Of a DNA stretch of 64,000 nt, positions 36,814-49,506 are shown in pieces. Source of the DNA: Cirrosporium novae-zelandiae (Eukaryota); contig JAPETS010000051.1 of assembly GCA_026023565.1 (NCBI GenBank), positions 62,001 to 126,000 on the forward strand, read 5' to 3'. The notes beneath the pieces are model-generated. The model was not told the origin of the DNA, searched no databases, and saw only the letters and a program-made list of their open reading frames with translations. Positions within the stretch are counted from its first letter, which is position 1. Each line of letters opens with the position of its first letter. The translations under genes and the position numbers were made by a program.

Positions 36814-39332
36814 ATAGGGTCTATGCCCTAATGGTCTAACCTAATAGGGAACCGTAACAGAGTCGGAAGTCCAAAGGTAATTGATAATAATATTTCTAGC
36901 CGGAGGATTTCGCTTTTATTTATCCTTGTCTTTTGGTTCCTAGAATTTGGGATGGAGAAGTCTTCAATCCTACGCCGTTAGTACCTCTATCATACAAAGT
37001 CAATACCAATATAGTAAATATTCATCTTCATCGAAGATCCATATTACATATAGCAGCCTTTCCAAGGCGTACCCATAGATTCTCTCTAATTTAGCACTTG
37101 TTACCGTCTTAAATGTTTAGGTGTATGTGAAGGCTAAATTCTAATAGCTTGTGTTGTAGTTATTGAAGGCCTTCTAAGAAACAGATTGCCTACCAGTTAG
37201 CACCCTTCTCAGGTGGTGTTGTTTTTTGATCAGATGCATCATTCATCTAGCGTAAAAATTACTAGAGGTCTGAGGAATAGATCTCCACCGCCCTTCAATT
37301 TCTCCGGAAGGGATATCGACCTATTCTTAAGATAGAAGTTCTTGAAGTTGACATTGGAATATCCCCAGTAAAAGTTTGCGTTTGACCAGAAGGCCGTGCA
37401 CAGCAAGGGCATTGATTGCACTACATTGGCACTATGTTAATATGGCCCTTTCAAGGTTAAAATAAGCGCAGCGCTTAAATTCCTCCTGGGAGTTAAGATT
37501 AAGATATCAGTACTGCTTCTCGAAGGCGCTAGCATTTGACAGTGTCCAAAGCCTCAGCAGATGTATCCAGCTGTCGGAATTTTTATCCACGCCATCAAGA
37601 GGCTAATCATTGTTTTGCTCCCCGGTTGTCTTCCTGGAAGACCTCTTTTGATGTCGCGACTCGCGAGACTCGATGGTTTCTATAGCTTGATGAATAGCAT
37701 TGTTGACTTGAGCCAATAGATGCTTCGCTCAGGACACCAAGGGCAGTTCCACATAGTAGCTTGCAACCGGGGATGATGATCCTTCCACCGAACCACAGGG
37801 CTAACCTGCTCTCCACTAAATTCGGAATCCCAAAAAACCGGAAAAGACGGTTGCATATGGTTGGGGAAAAAGAATGAAACCAGGAAGTGACTTTTTCTAT
37901 CCAATCACGACCGAGTATTTTTACCCTTGCTGCATTGTAGAATCCTTCTGTCTACCCGAAGGGTGTAGTGAGCATAGACAATCATTCATGCTTGTTTATG
38001 GGAGCGCACCAATGGGTGGATATGGTGGAAATGAAGGCCTGAGGTTCACATTTTCAACACACGTGTAGGGCAATCGTTTGCGCGACAGTTTTCTGAAAAG
38101 GCCAATGATATGCTATAAGATAGCCAGAAACTAGTGTAGAGACAATGCAAGACTATGGAACTGTCACATAGCACTGTGCACGGTAATTCATGATTGCTTG
38201 TCCAACTCCATGGTTGTGGCTAGCTTTGGCTAAGAATTGACAACCTCTGGAGCCGAAGTAAGGCTGAAAGAATTGACGGGTATTGGGATTGATGTCAGCA
38301 TTGAATGGAACATCAATGGTTTATAGGAATCCCTCATGCATAGCACGGTGCACAGAACAGAAGGTAGATTCTTAAGGTCTACCTGCATTGAATGTCGCAA
38401 GACTTTCTCTCAGTCAATTAACCCCATGGTCTACCTGTAGTCCTTTGGGACGAGTTTTAATGACCCCCTTGGATCATGTTCCTTAGTTTTTTTAAATATT
38501 GATTTTGGTTTAGTGTGGCTTTGGAATGATCATGGTCTTGATGGGTTACTTTAATGATAGTGGATGATTGATATTTGATGATAGTTGATGGGGGGGGCAG
38601 GTTATGGAGCGGGGATGGCTGCCATAGCACTCCTCCGGGCGCTTAAAGTAACATCTCGATGACTATCATTGGCCCCTCAAACATGACAACCTTCCGACCA
38701 AGATGAAGTTCAAAGGCACTCGCAGAAGTCGAAACAGACCAACTGACCGAATGTGCGTACGGAGGAGAGCTAAGGAGTTGCTAAGAAATGGGTAGGTTGG
38801 AGGAAGTAGCGCAAATCGCAAATCGCAAATCGCCATCGCAGTTGTCGCTTCCATTACTTCCATTTCTTGAGCCTCCAAAAGGGAAGGTAGAATGATTGAA
38901 GAAACAAAAGGATACCAAGGCCAGCCTGTTTGTGTCATCTTTGAATTTTCATTTTCTCAATCCTCTTAACTGAGGATTGTGGCATAAACTACCAACAGCC
39001 TGCCAGGCCCCCATTGCTTCTGTTCAGCTTAAGACTAAAGCTGAGTAGCTTTACCTCTCTAAATCCCTACTCTTTGACCACAATTCGGCTCCTTTGAAAA
39101 GTTGCTGTACTTCCTCCACTTGCGATTCATCCCTAGCCTTTCCCACCACACCCAATTTCTTAGATTCTATAACCTTGTTGGAAGAGGGGCTTTTGCTGAG
39201 GCCAGGAGCTTCGCCGCCGTCGCATACCGAACCTTCCGCATACATGAGCCAGCGCATTCGAAAAAAATAACTGTCGACTGTGCCGCATCCTTTTACATTC
39301 CGAGTGGTTTCTTTCCTTCGCGTCTTTTAGTC

Positions 39333-41790
39333 ATGATGATGGCCGTCAAATCCCCGTTGGTACCCTCACCAAATGGACTGATGCATCATTTATCTCCTTA
39401 CACCAATCCCTCGGGCACAGCATCGCCTCGCAAGATATCAAGAACTCCCTATATGTGAGCTGAACCACATTATTTATATACTATATTATTATAAGGTATC
39501 TAATAAACCTCTTTAGGTCTCCTGGACGTCTAGAGAACCTTCTATCACCATCCGCAGGAACACCTTACCCTCCGCCAACTTCCGCAGAAATATATGAGCC
39601 TTCTCCTATTGCGACTTCATCTGTTGGAACAGAAATTACAGAGATTGACGACGACTCCACAAGTGATACACAAGAAACGCCACTCACACAGTATACCAGC
39701 GAACCTGGGACCCCAGCAAAGGAAGTCAAGGCCAATCAAAACTCCCCATCTAGCTCTTCTTCGAGAGAAAGCATAAACCTGAAGGTTAGCATTATATCCC
39801 CAACAATTGACTGGAAAATACTTAACATTGGGTAGATTAAAACCTATCAGAATGCTTTAAACCCATATAGACCTCCTCAATTAGATGAGGACGAACCTCC
39901 ACAGTCTGTTATTCATGCGCCACCTGGATTCAAGGATTTCGTTGGGGTTTGTCTACTATATATAATATACATTTATATTTACTGACTTATATCCTAGAGA
40001 GGTACCCAAAGAACTACTCCGTCGAGGGATCGGTCAAGCTCATCTCCGTCTCAAAAGTCAGACGCAACTGTCACCTCACCAGCAGCTCTAAAACTAGACG
40101 GAGGCAGAAAGGTGCATATTATTCTATCATAGCTGTATGCCTAGCTAACAAGGTCAAGGGACCAATCTCACCTCCACCTATCACAACGGCAGTCAGAACT
40201 CCCAGAGACTGGACGGAACGGGCTACACCAAGAGCCCAGACAAGGCAAGAAGTTGAAGCCCTAGAATTTGAAGTCAAAGAACATTCAAGGAAAAACAGCT
40301 TAGAAGGTATTGCTTCTAGTTCTTCGTCTTTGAGACCATATGGCTTATTCTATGTAGATATTCCGGAAGGCCATGATACAGAGGTACTGTCAGAAGAAGA
40401 CGGAAAAGCAGAAGCTGAGGAGGTTATGGGCGACGCGATTTCGCCCGAAGCTACTGAAGTCGCTGCTCTCCAGAATGCCTTGAGCGAGTGCTGGACGCTT
40501 TGCAATACTCTTGCTTATTTGAGCAACCTCCACCGCCAGCAACAACGACAGCGGAAAAACTCCAATTTTTCTGATGCTTCAAACTCTGAAGAAGCAGCTT
40601 GGAAGTCCTGCTGGAAGCTTTGCCAAAATCTCTATACTCAAGCAACTTCTCAAGTATCAACAGTAGGCCCGACTCTTGAACTTACACGGGACTTTTGCGT
40701 TACGCTATTTGAAGCTCGCACACGACCAGCTAGCAATTCGCTTTCTGATTCTGTCCTTCGTGTCTCATTCGAGCTCAATAACCATCTCTTCAACACTCAT
40801 GATCGGTCTCTCCCTGATGCGTTCCGCGAACGCACATTGGACTTCTACATCACACTCTGCCATCGCCTCATGAAACAACGACCTCTTCCTCCAACAGCAC
40901 AACCAACTTCCGAGTCGCTTTTACATGCGTCTTGGACCCTCGCTGAGATGTTCTTTAGCCTTCGTCAAACTGCTCGTGACGAAGAAACCACCAATCCCAA
41001 CCTCCTTGGATCAGCTATCCAGGCTTGCTGGGACCTGTGTGATCTCTTTCGCGAGGGCTGGACTCAAATTAGGCCCGATCGCGGCACTCCACGGCCTAGC
41101 CAAACAACGTTTACGCAAGCTGTACACCAAGCTCGAAGAGCAGAAATGGCGGCCGCAAGTTCGAACTCTACTTCTGTCCCTTCCAATGGTACCACTCCCA
41201 GCAAGCAACATCCTGAAACACCAACCACCATTTTTGAAGACACCCAAACCATATCTCCCGATGAAGCACCTGTACCCAATATTGTGGTCCTCGGCCGTGA
41301 TGCTAACCAAGGGGCACCCACGAACGCCACGCCATCCACAAACAATTGGTCTAGTGCCGCTTCCAGTCTCTCCACAACCAGCACCTATGCCTCCGCCCGT
41401 TCCGCACACACCACCTCCACTGTCACTTCTCCAACACCCCATCTTCCATCCCTCCACTTCCTCCTCATCCGTGCTGCTTTCATTGCTGGCTACAGCCGCA
41501 CTCTCTCTCCACCTATATCTCTTCACACCTTTGTGCGATCTCTACCTCAAGATGCGTTCGGTCCTCTACCCTGGCAGACATCACTCTTGCAGAAATACAG
41601 GAGTTTAGTGCTGAATGATCCCGGGTTGAGGGAAGTTGGACCGCGGAGGAAATTGAGGGTGAGAGAAATCAAAGAGAGCGTGGAGTGGTTAGTTACGAGA
41701 CGGGTTGAGTTTGGATGGTTGAGGGACTTGGGGAGATGGGTCTTTGGGGATGGCGAGGCGGGGACGAGTGGAGAGTGGGTAGAGGGGTAG
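39333..41790 (+). CDS. Conserved fungal hypothetical protein
   Basis: Several short 5' exons (S/P-rich), then a long exon with ALSECWTLCNTLA, AWKSCWKLCQ, LRVSFELNNHLF, FRERTLDFY and AIQACWDLCDLFREGWTQIRPDRGTPRP. Confidence 0.8.
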
Positions 41791-42990
41791 AATTTGAGGC
41801 CATATACGTTTTTTGCTTGAGATAAGAGCAACGAGGATTTAAAATACAAGGTAGAGGAGAGGTCTTGGTTAGCGGCCTCTGGAAGAAATAGGTTTGCGAT
41901 TGGGCCATGATCCGGTGGCATGCAACGTTAGAGAGATTGAGGTAGAGCACGGACGGGATATACCCTGGAAGGAGGAAAGATCTGATTCAGCCACGATACG
42001 ATTTATTGTAATGTATATATCAAGGATTCTGGAAGACACGAAATGCAATGGGGAGGGGAGGCGACCTACAACCTGCGGTGTTTTAGGAGCTTATTGCTAC
42101 ATGGTCAGACATTTTGAAATGAAATACATTTCCTTTCAGGTTGAAGCTGCAAGTGAAACTATGCTAGCTGTGCTGCGAATAGACTATATGCCAATCTGCG
42201 AACATATGCTAATTTTCATTTCATTCATGGCTAAATTCAAGATTGTAGTTATGACGGTATATAATTGAGAGCTATAGGGAAGGAATGACGTGTTAATGAT
42301 AATCATGTTGATATTTTTTCTACGTTGCTATATCCTATGCACAAGATGCCCCAATCAAAGGGCAGTTCCAACAACGGAACCTTGTCCCCTTATCCTATCA
42401 ACCAAAAAAAGTCCAGGTTGTTACCAACGGCTGGAAGCTTTTTCAGCTGGCTTGGCTTGGCTTGGCTTAGCTTAACTAGCTCTCGACGATGTTTCGATGC
42501 TGCTACTGCCGCCGCCGCCTATGATGTTGTTTTTGTTTTGTTGTTTGTTTGTTTTTTTTTGCGTGTATCCATATCCATGTCCATATCCCATAAATCCCAT
42601 ATGCCATAGAAATTGGCCATTCTTTCCCCATAGTGCAAAAGATCAATCGACTCCTTGTCAGGCAGGTCGAGATATATAAAATGCACTCCGTTAAATGCTA
42701 TGCAAGTTCAATGATATCCGTTATCCAGTCCCGTAATTTGTTGGAAAAACCCCATCCATGTATAACCAAGGCATCCATATTTGCACCGAGAATGCATCCT
42801 TGTAGGGCCCGAAGAAAGAGTGATCCGGGTGTCCCTAACATGGAAACAAATCCAAAAGCCGTAACCCAGGCATGAAAAACAAAAGGAAATCTTCCTCACT
42901 CCACGTCCATCAATCGCTATCGTCTTTTCTCATTCGTCATATAATCTCTCGTTTCTTAGGTATGCGATGATGCCGCCCTACTGGCCATCG

Positions 42991-44634
42991 TCAGATAGTC
43001 ATGCCCAACTTCTTTCTCATCTTCAGAATCCGCGTCCGCAACCATGTAATAAATAGCACCCAGCTGCTTTGCACCTTCTTTCTCGAACTCCTCAATGTAC
43101 TCGTCCCACTACCACTCCGGCCTTTCTTTTGGTTCTGTTGAGTGGCCCCAGGAATTGGAGCTGATATCTTTTCATTGGAGGATTGAAAGGCTGAGGTCGC
43201 GGGAACAGCTGGGGCTGAATTCGTCGTAAATAAAGGAAATGCCTCCCGGTCCCCTAACTTCTCCGAGGCTTTAACAACAGTTTGAGCTGTTGCTCCACTG
43301 GGACTCCTCATCACCCCCACGCTTTCATGTATAATCGCATCAACAACCCCATTATCCGGCTCTTTCTCACCCCTTTCAATCTCAGAGAGACTTGCTCGCC
43401 CGCTACCATTCCTTAACCACCCATCCATGCTTCTCCGCTGTTTCCGTTCTTCCTTTTCTCGGTACCGCTTCTCCTTCTTCGCCTCCCTCTCCTCGAATGC
43501 TCGCCGCGCCGCTTCAACGGCCGCCTGGCGGGCGATTGGGTCAGTAGTACAGCGTTGACTATGGATATGGGGCCTTGGGAGTTGGATGGGAAGAGAGCGC
43601 ATGGTAGATATGGTGTCCATAGAGGTGCGCGACGTAGCGGCGGTGGTAGCGGTTGTGAATGTGGAGATGGTGTCGCTACGGGAGTGGTGTTGAGAAGTTA
43701 ACTGCGCTGAAGGATTCGGAAGAGCGAACGTAGGTGTCCGTGGTTGAGGCGCGAAGAATGATGTCGAGGTGTCAGCCTCGTCATTTTCAGTAGCAGTTGG
43801 TGTGATAGGTGCTTGGAAGGTGGGAGGTGTATAGGGTCGCGGCGTTTGTTTGAGTGGGTGTGCAAACTTTGGTTGACCTGGAACGACACCGTGGTGAGAG
43901 GAAGTTGATGATGTTGCAGTCGAGGTCGAGCTCAAGGAACGTATATGTGTATGTCCACGTCTAGAGCTATAGTTTGAATTGGTATTCTGGTAATTCTCAT
44001 ACTCATCAAGGTGAGAAGTATAGATACCAAGACCAGCCGCAGCGTTTTCCGCTGTAGAGCGCGACAGGTCAACCCTTGTGGGCTTCTTCGGAATAGTTAT
44101 AGAGGATTGTGTTGAACTCGACGAGCGATGTTTGCGTTCCTCGGGAGAGAGCTTACGGAGAAGTGGCTTCAGCTTCGCAGCTGGAGAAGTAACATCATCG
44201 GCTGGGGTGAATGTGTAATGGGCGTGGTCAGGTTGAGAATGTATTTTTGACTTATTCCACTTCATATTATTCGATTCCTCGCTAGCTAGAGGTGATTTTA
44301 AGTGCACACCAGAGTTCAAGGGCAAGGCGGAACGAGACTGAGCGGTAGTACTGCTCCCCGAACCATTTCGCTTGTGAATTTTGGCATGAGTTGACCCAAT
44401 ATGTGGACTTGCTCCTGGTATCTTCCCACGAGTTTTTGTAATTTTTGAGAGCGAAGTGAAGTGTGCCGAAGGAGTAGGTTGAACTGCACCCACACTCCAG
44501 AGCGAGGTTGAATCTTCAGAAACCGACGGTGAGGGAACATAGGATCCAGGGCCAGTGGAAGATGTCGCAGTGAATGGAAGTTGTGAGGATGAAGTATTCC
44601 CACTTCCAGTTGCAAGTTGAGGACCCATGGTCAC
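42991..44634 (-). CDS. Hypothetical S/T-rich protein with a C-terminal coiled coil
   Basis: 547-aa single ORF containing HPLKQTPRPYTPP, ARRAFEEREAKKE and a terminal WVLFITWLRTRILK. Confidence 0.8.
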   Translation of the reverse strand: MTMGPQLATGSGNTSSSQLPFTATSSTGPGSYVPSPSVSEDSTSLWSVGAVQPTPSAHFTSLSKITKTRGKIPGASPHIGSTHAKIHKRNGSGSSTTAQSRSALPLNSGVHLKSPLASEESNNMKWNKSKIHSQPDHAHYTFTPADDVTSPAAKLKPLLRKLSPEERKHRSSSSTQSSITIPKKPTRVDLSRSTAENAAAGLGIYTSHLDEYENYQNTNSNYSSRRGHTHIRSLSSTSTATSSTSSHHGVVPGQPKFAHPLKQTPRPYTPPTFQAPITPTATENDEADTSTSFFAPQPRTPTFALPNPSAQLTSQHHSRSDTISTFTTATTAATSRTSMDTISTMRSLPIQLPRPHIHSQRCTTDPIARQAAVEAARRAFEEREAKKEKRYREKEERKQRRSMDGWLRNGSGRASLSEIERGEKEPDNGVVDAIIHESVGVMRSPSGATAQTVVKASEKLGDREAFPLFTTNSAPAVPATSAFQSSNEKISAPIPGATQQNQKKGRSGSGTSTLRSSRKKVQSSWVLFITWLRTRILKMRKKLGMTI

Positions 44635-47600
44635 AATGGTGGGCGGTCCAGAGGAACCCAGAATTGGTTATGTCACAAGGCGAAGAGTTGAAATCCGGGG
44701 GGTTCAAGCGACCAGGGTGAAATTCGTTCTCAACCAAAGCAACACAACAACAAAAAAAAAACTATCGAAACGTTTCTTCCTCTTTCATATTCTTCTGTTC
44801 ATGTATGTATGTTATCGTCGTTGAAATCCAGTTCCGACCATAACTTCTTTCTGTGGCGAAGTGAAGAGGCGATAGGCTTTCGTATATCGAGACGGGGGCT
44901 GAGTTCGTTTTTGATCGGGCAAACAGACACAGTGAAAGGTTATGAGGTCAACACAGCCTTAGAGATAGATGGATGGATGTCACCAAGGAAAATGTCGACG
45001 CAGCTGAAACCTCCCAAAACACTTCTGCCTGGAATTCACCGTGTTAGTTTTTTTTCACTAACTTCCCTGTCGAAGCATTTATTTTTTTATTTTTTTCTTT
45101 GGGAGGTTCTAAGTTAATAAGTTTAATAAAGGTGTTAGGGAAAGAATAGTAAAGGAGAGCCGGAAGGGAAGGGGGAGGGGGGGGGGGCATTAGAGAGAAT
45201 GGACCAAAAGTTGCTCCAAGCGACAAAAGACTCGGGGATTGGGGAAATATCCATCCCGAGAGTCCGTCACACATTTGATACTTATCACAGTTCAGATGCA
45301 TGAGAATGCATGCGAATGGCTGTATCTGACTAACTCCCCCCAATCCTTAATCATAACCCCGAGCCGGCCTCTTCTACTAAAGCTAAGTACTCGAGTAGCT
45401 AAATCTACAAAAACTAACCTCCCAACGAACGTACTATGTAATGTGACTATAATAACTATCATTGACTACCATGACTATCATCTTTAACAATTTTTAGAAG
45501 GCATTGTTCTGGAAATAAAATAATAATTATCAGGAGACTGACTAGCTTATACTATATGCAATGAGGAAGGAATATACCCTCCCTCGTACTCGGACCTCTC
45601 TCTTACAGTGAAACTCGGAAAAAAAATGATGAGGCTTGCCTTGTACGGCCGCAAGTCTCACCTCATAACTTGTCTCTGGCTTGTGATAGCGTGAAAATGA
45701 GGGGGGGCATCAAAGATAAAAAAGAAAGAGTCCAGCTCGGTTTAAATACTAGAGATGGAAAAAGGTCCGGGGAAGCAGTACTGGAGTACCTAGGCAACTC
45801 ACTAATGTAAATGCACAACATGCACGAGTACATAATTAATTCATCATACTCGAGTACACGAACTGAATGGAAGCAAATCAGCCACATGCCCCCCAGTCAA
45901 TTCTTTAATTACTTAATCGCTTAATTCCTTAATTTACGCGTAAGGACATTAATTCGTTGCCTCAGAGACACCGCTAATAAGAATCCCTTCCTCAAGGCTC
46001 CCCAAATTCCCCAAATTGATCCAATTACATACTTAAGGTCCTTCCTTCGACCAGCCATCTCTAGCCATCTCTCATCCTAATCAAAAATCAATAAACAGTG
46101 TCCAGGACGTCGTACAGTAGTCTAATAAGGTTGCAGATTACGGCATGGCCCAGTTGTCTCAGATGATGTCTTAATCCTACCCATTAGGATCTCTTCCTGT
46201 TATCGATAGAAAGTAAAAAGTCATAAATAACCCGAGACCCCTCGTGTTGAGAGAAATACACTCGAATGAGAAGAAATGGGTAAAGATGGGGATGGGGGGG
46301 CAAGATGGTTATTCGCGATCGACTTCCTCTGGTGCCTTTTCTCACATCTTTTTTTGTATTTAGTGGAATAATTTAATGCTGACACATCAAGCGAGAAGGT
46401 GGGGGGGGGGGGGGGGTGCATTATTGCATTATTACCTTAGCATTCGCTATTCCTTCCTTGTAAGCAATGAATCATCAAATGACAGAAAAAAACAAACACC
46501 AACCCCTGACCAAAAAGAAGTAGAGAAGGCTAGCCCCCATCGGCCCGTCCCCACACTTTCTCATCCTTATCACCGGGACTTCCGTGCACGCATGCACAAT
46601 TTGCGCATAACTGTCGGCACAAAATGGCCAACTAATCTCCGAATGCAACCTGTTCTTGTTCTTTTCTTCTTTTCTGTTGGAAGATCTTTTCCAACCAGAT
46701 GGATAAACTGATTCCAAATGACGCTGTTAGTATGAAAATGATTGACAATTCTTGTCCATCACATGTATCCCCCCCCCCCCCCCCCCACCCCCAACCGGTT
46801 TTTATGTTTTTTTTTGGTGCACTACAAAATAAGTAATCCATAACAACGAAAGCCTGGAATATATTAAAAGTAGGAAAAGATCCATAATTTATTATCTTAT
46901 CTCAAATCATCCACCTTCCTATCATGTGCAACCCCCCAGTCCCGCTCAAATCTCCACCTCTACCGACCGTACCGTACCGCAGGCAAAGCACACCAAAGAG
47001 AGAGAACAAAAAAGAAAAAAATGGAGATACATGCGCGAAATTCACAAGACCGATTACTACCAGCTTAACTAACTTAGCGACTTAGGGTACTACTGGTAGG
47101 GAAGGAAGCTCCGGCCGAGGGCGGTAAAGCAGGATGGTAGGGTGGTAGGTTAACCGGTTATTTAGTAGTCGGTAGGTAACACGGAACATGGGAACTCGTT
47201 CCTCTAGCCTCTGTATAGCTTGTCAAAATACCCTTTACCGACCTTCCAATCTCCGCAACGGTTTGCTTGCCAGCGGTCTTAAATGATGGGGCCGTCCTTT
47301 TGGCATTGTTCGCTGGGACTCCACTCTCACCGGCAAAGAAGTGAAGTGAGCGAGTGAGTGGCAAGTATTCCCAATTTCGTTCCTCTTGGCTCGTTCGTGA
47401 GTGATTTACCATTAACACCACCGCTCACCAGGTTCGAACCACGTACGAACGCATTCCAACAAAACCGATCCACCTTTCTACTTTCTAATCCACCTTAGCC
47501 CTTCTAGAAGGCCTTAGAGAAAGACTAGAAAGACCAGAAAGGTGATCTTCAAACCCACTACAACTCACCCCCTATTCTGCTTTTATACATTAGTCTTGTC

Positions 47601-49506
47601 CACGTCTTTCTACTATTTCGTTCAAGCTTTAAAGATTTTTTTCGGGTCTCCTTACCCAGCCACATGGTTTTTCGTCTTCTGTTTCTTCTTTTTTTGTTTC
47701 TTTTTGTTCCATGTACATAATAGTTCAAAATAGCCCAGGCTAATAGACTATCGAGCATCAGGGCTTACTAAGTACAGTAAACAGTGAGCATGGCGTAGTT
47801 TATTTGCCTAGGGTTGCCCCTGGTTAATCCAAATGATAGTTATACCTCATTCATTGTTCATTGACTATTTCGTTTTTGTGATTGACGCTGGTGAAATTCC
47901 TTCGTTCGCCAAAAGAGATCAGGTGTCTGCTCATCAATTGTCTGATTAAATGTCTGATCGAGGGTCTGAACACCAAACCAGAGTGAAATGAAATGAAAAG
48001 GTATACACCTAGCTTAGTCCATGAAGGTGAAAATAATAATGAATTCAGCGCATGCCCATCAGGCAAGCAAGGCAGGCAGACATATTACAAGACCAGTAGA
48101 TCCCAATGAATATCCTATCATCATCCATCTTCTTTCCTTCTCCCACACACGCCATCTTGACCTTTGCAAAAGCAACAATCATGTCTCAATGTTAAGCAAA
48201 GTCCAACCCTCATCTCAACTCAACACCCCAACACCAACCAAAACCAGAAATCTTTCCCATCCATTCCCTAAAATACCGAATGAAAAAAGGAAGAAGAAAA
48301 AAGGAAAAGAAAAAACAGGAAAAAAAACACCAAGTCAACAAATGCATCCATCCATTCACAGCATAACCCATCAACACAAGAGAAGTTCCTAGGGGCCGAT
48401 TTTCAAATAGCAGTCTTCATCAATATGCGGTAGCCACCCAACCATCCCAAATCATAAACATAACTTTACCTTCGTTCCCCAACCACAATCATCACAATCA
48501 CAACAATGATATATCAGTTCGATGCTGTCTATCATACTAGTTACAACCAATCCATTTTAAGCCGGTCTCCGATTTATAAAATGTCATTCTACCCTTTATT
48601 ACCTTGACCCTCCCTAACTCTGCCAAAACCTCCTAGGAGAAAAAAAGTTAACACCCATCCTATAAATATATCTTACTACGCAACATCACTTACCCTCATC
48701 CTCCTACAAAGAATATATAGACATGTATATGGTGGTGTTTGGCCAAGAAAAACGTGTTTGCCATTTACTATGTATAAAGGTAATAACCTTCCTCCCCTCC
48801 ACCCCCGGCTATATTCTTCTTTCCTTCGTGTTTTTTAGAAAAAAAGGAAAACCTTAGTTACTTTCATCGGTTCTCGTCGGCTTTGCAATTACAGTAGATA
48901 AAGATTGGGTAAAGGCCAAATCATACATGAATGACGCTTCCCCTGAAACATAAAAACTTCAACTTCCATCACTTTCTCTTCTCCCGTATTTATCTCACTG
49001 CTAGCGTAACTGCCATTCATTGTAAGAGTGAAAAAACGAAAAAAAAAAAGAGAAAATAAAATAATAACCCGTCTATCTATCATAGGAAGTGGGGCTCTTC
49101 TCCCCCCTTCCCCTAAGTCACTTCCCTGCGTTCAAGTGATGATTGTCAATTTAGTATACCACCTTCCCATTGCTCCAAATCCCCCCTGGCCTTCATTGGA
49201 TTATCGAAAATTGTTGATCGGAAAAGTTGAAACTGAAGGGCTGATAAAAAAAGGTATTGTGGTCATGAACTCCGTTGCGCCAACATGTCCTGTGGAGTAT
49301 TGGGGTTGCATTTAAAAATAAGAAAAATCTGGAGAATAGCCAAACCAGAACTGCAACCCCCAGTGAAAATGCATGAGTTTTCTTCTTTTCTTTATGGGCC
49401 TGTTTGTGAAATGGTAATACAGTGACGCCGAAGAAAGACCATCTGGATCGTTATGTGAAACTAAACGGTTCGTTGCGGGTGAGGATGTGGAAATTTTCAA
49501 CCACGT

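Noticed and set aside
36900..38950. Short ORFs in the gap between GH1 and the 39333 gene
   Set aside because: No recognisable motifs or consistent exon chain.
42447..42472. (CTTGG)n pentanucleotide microsatellite
   Set aside because: An ordinary simple repeat with no spacer structure, so not CRISPR-like.
47385..47452. Possible tRNA around GGTTCGAACC
   Set aside because: No cloverleaf can be built. Only the B-box-like word is present.
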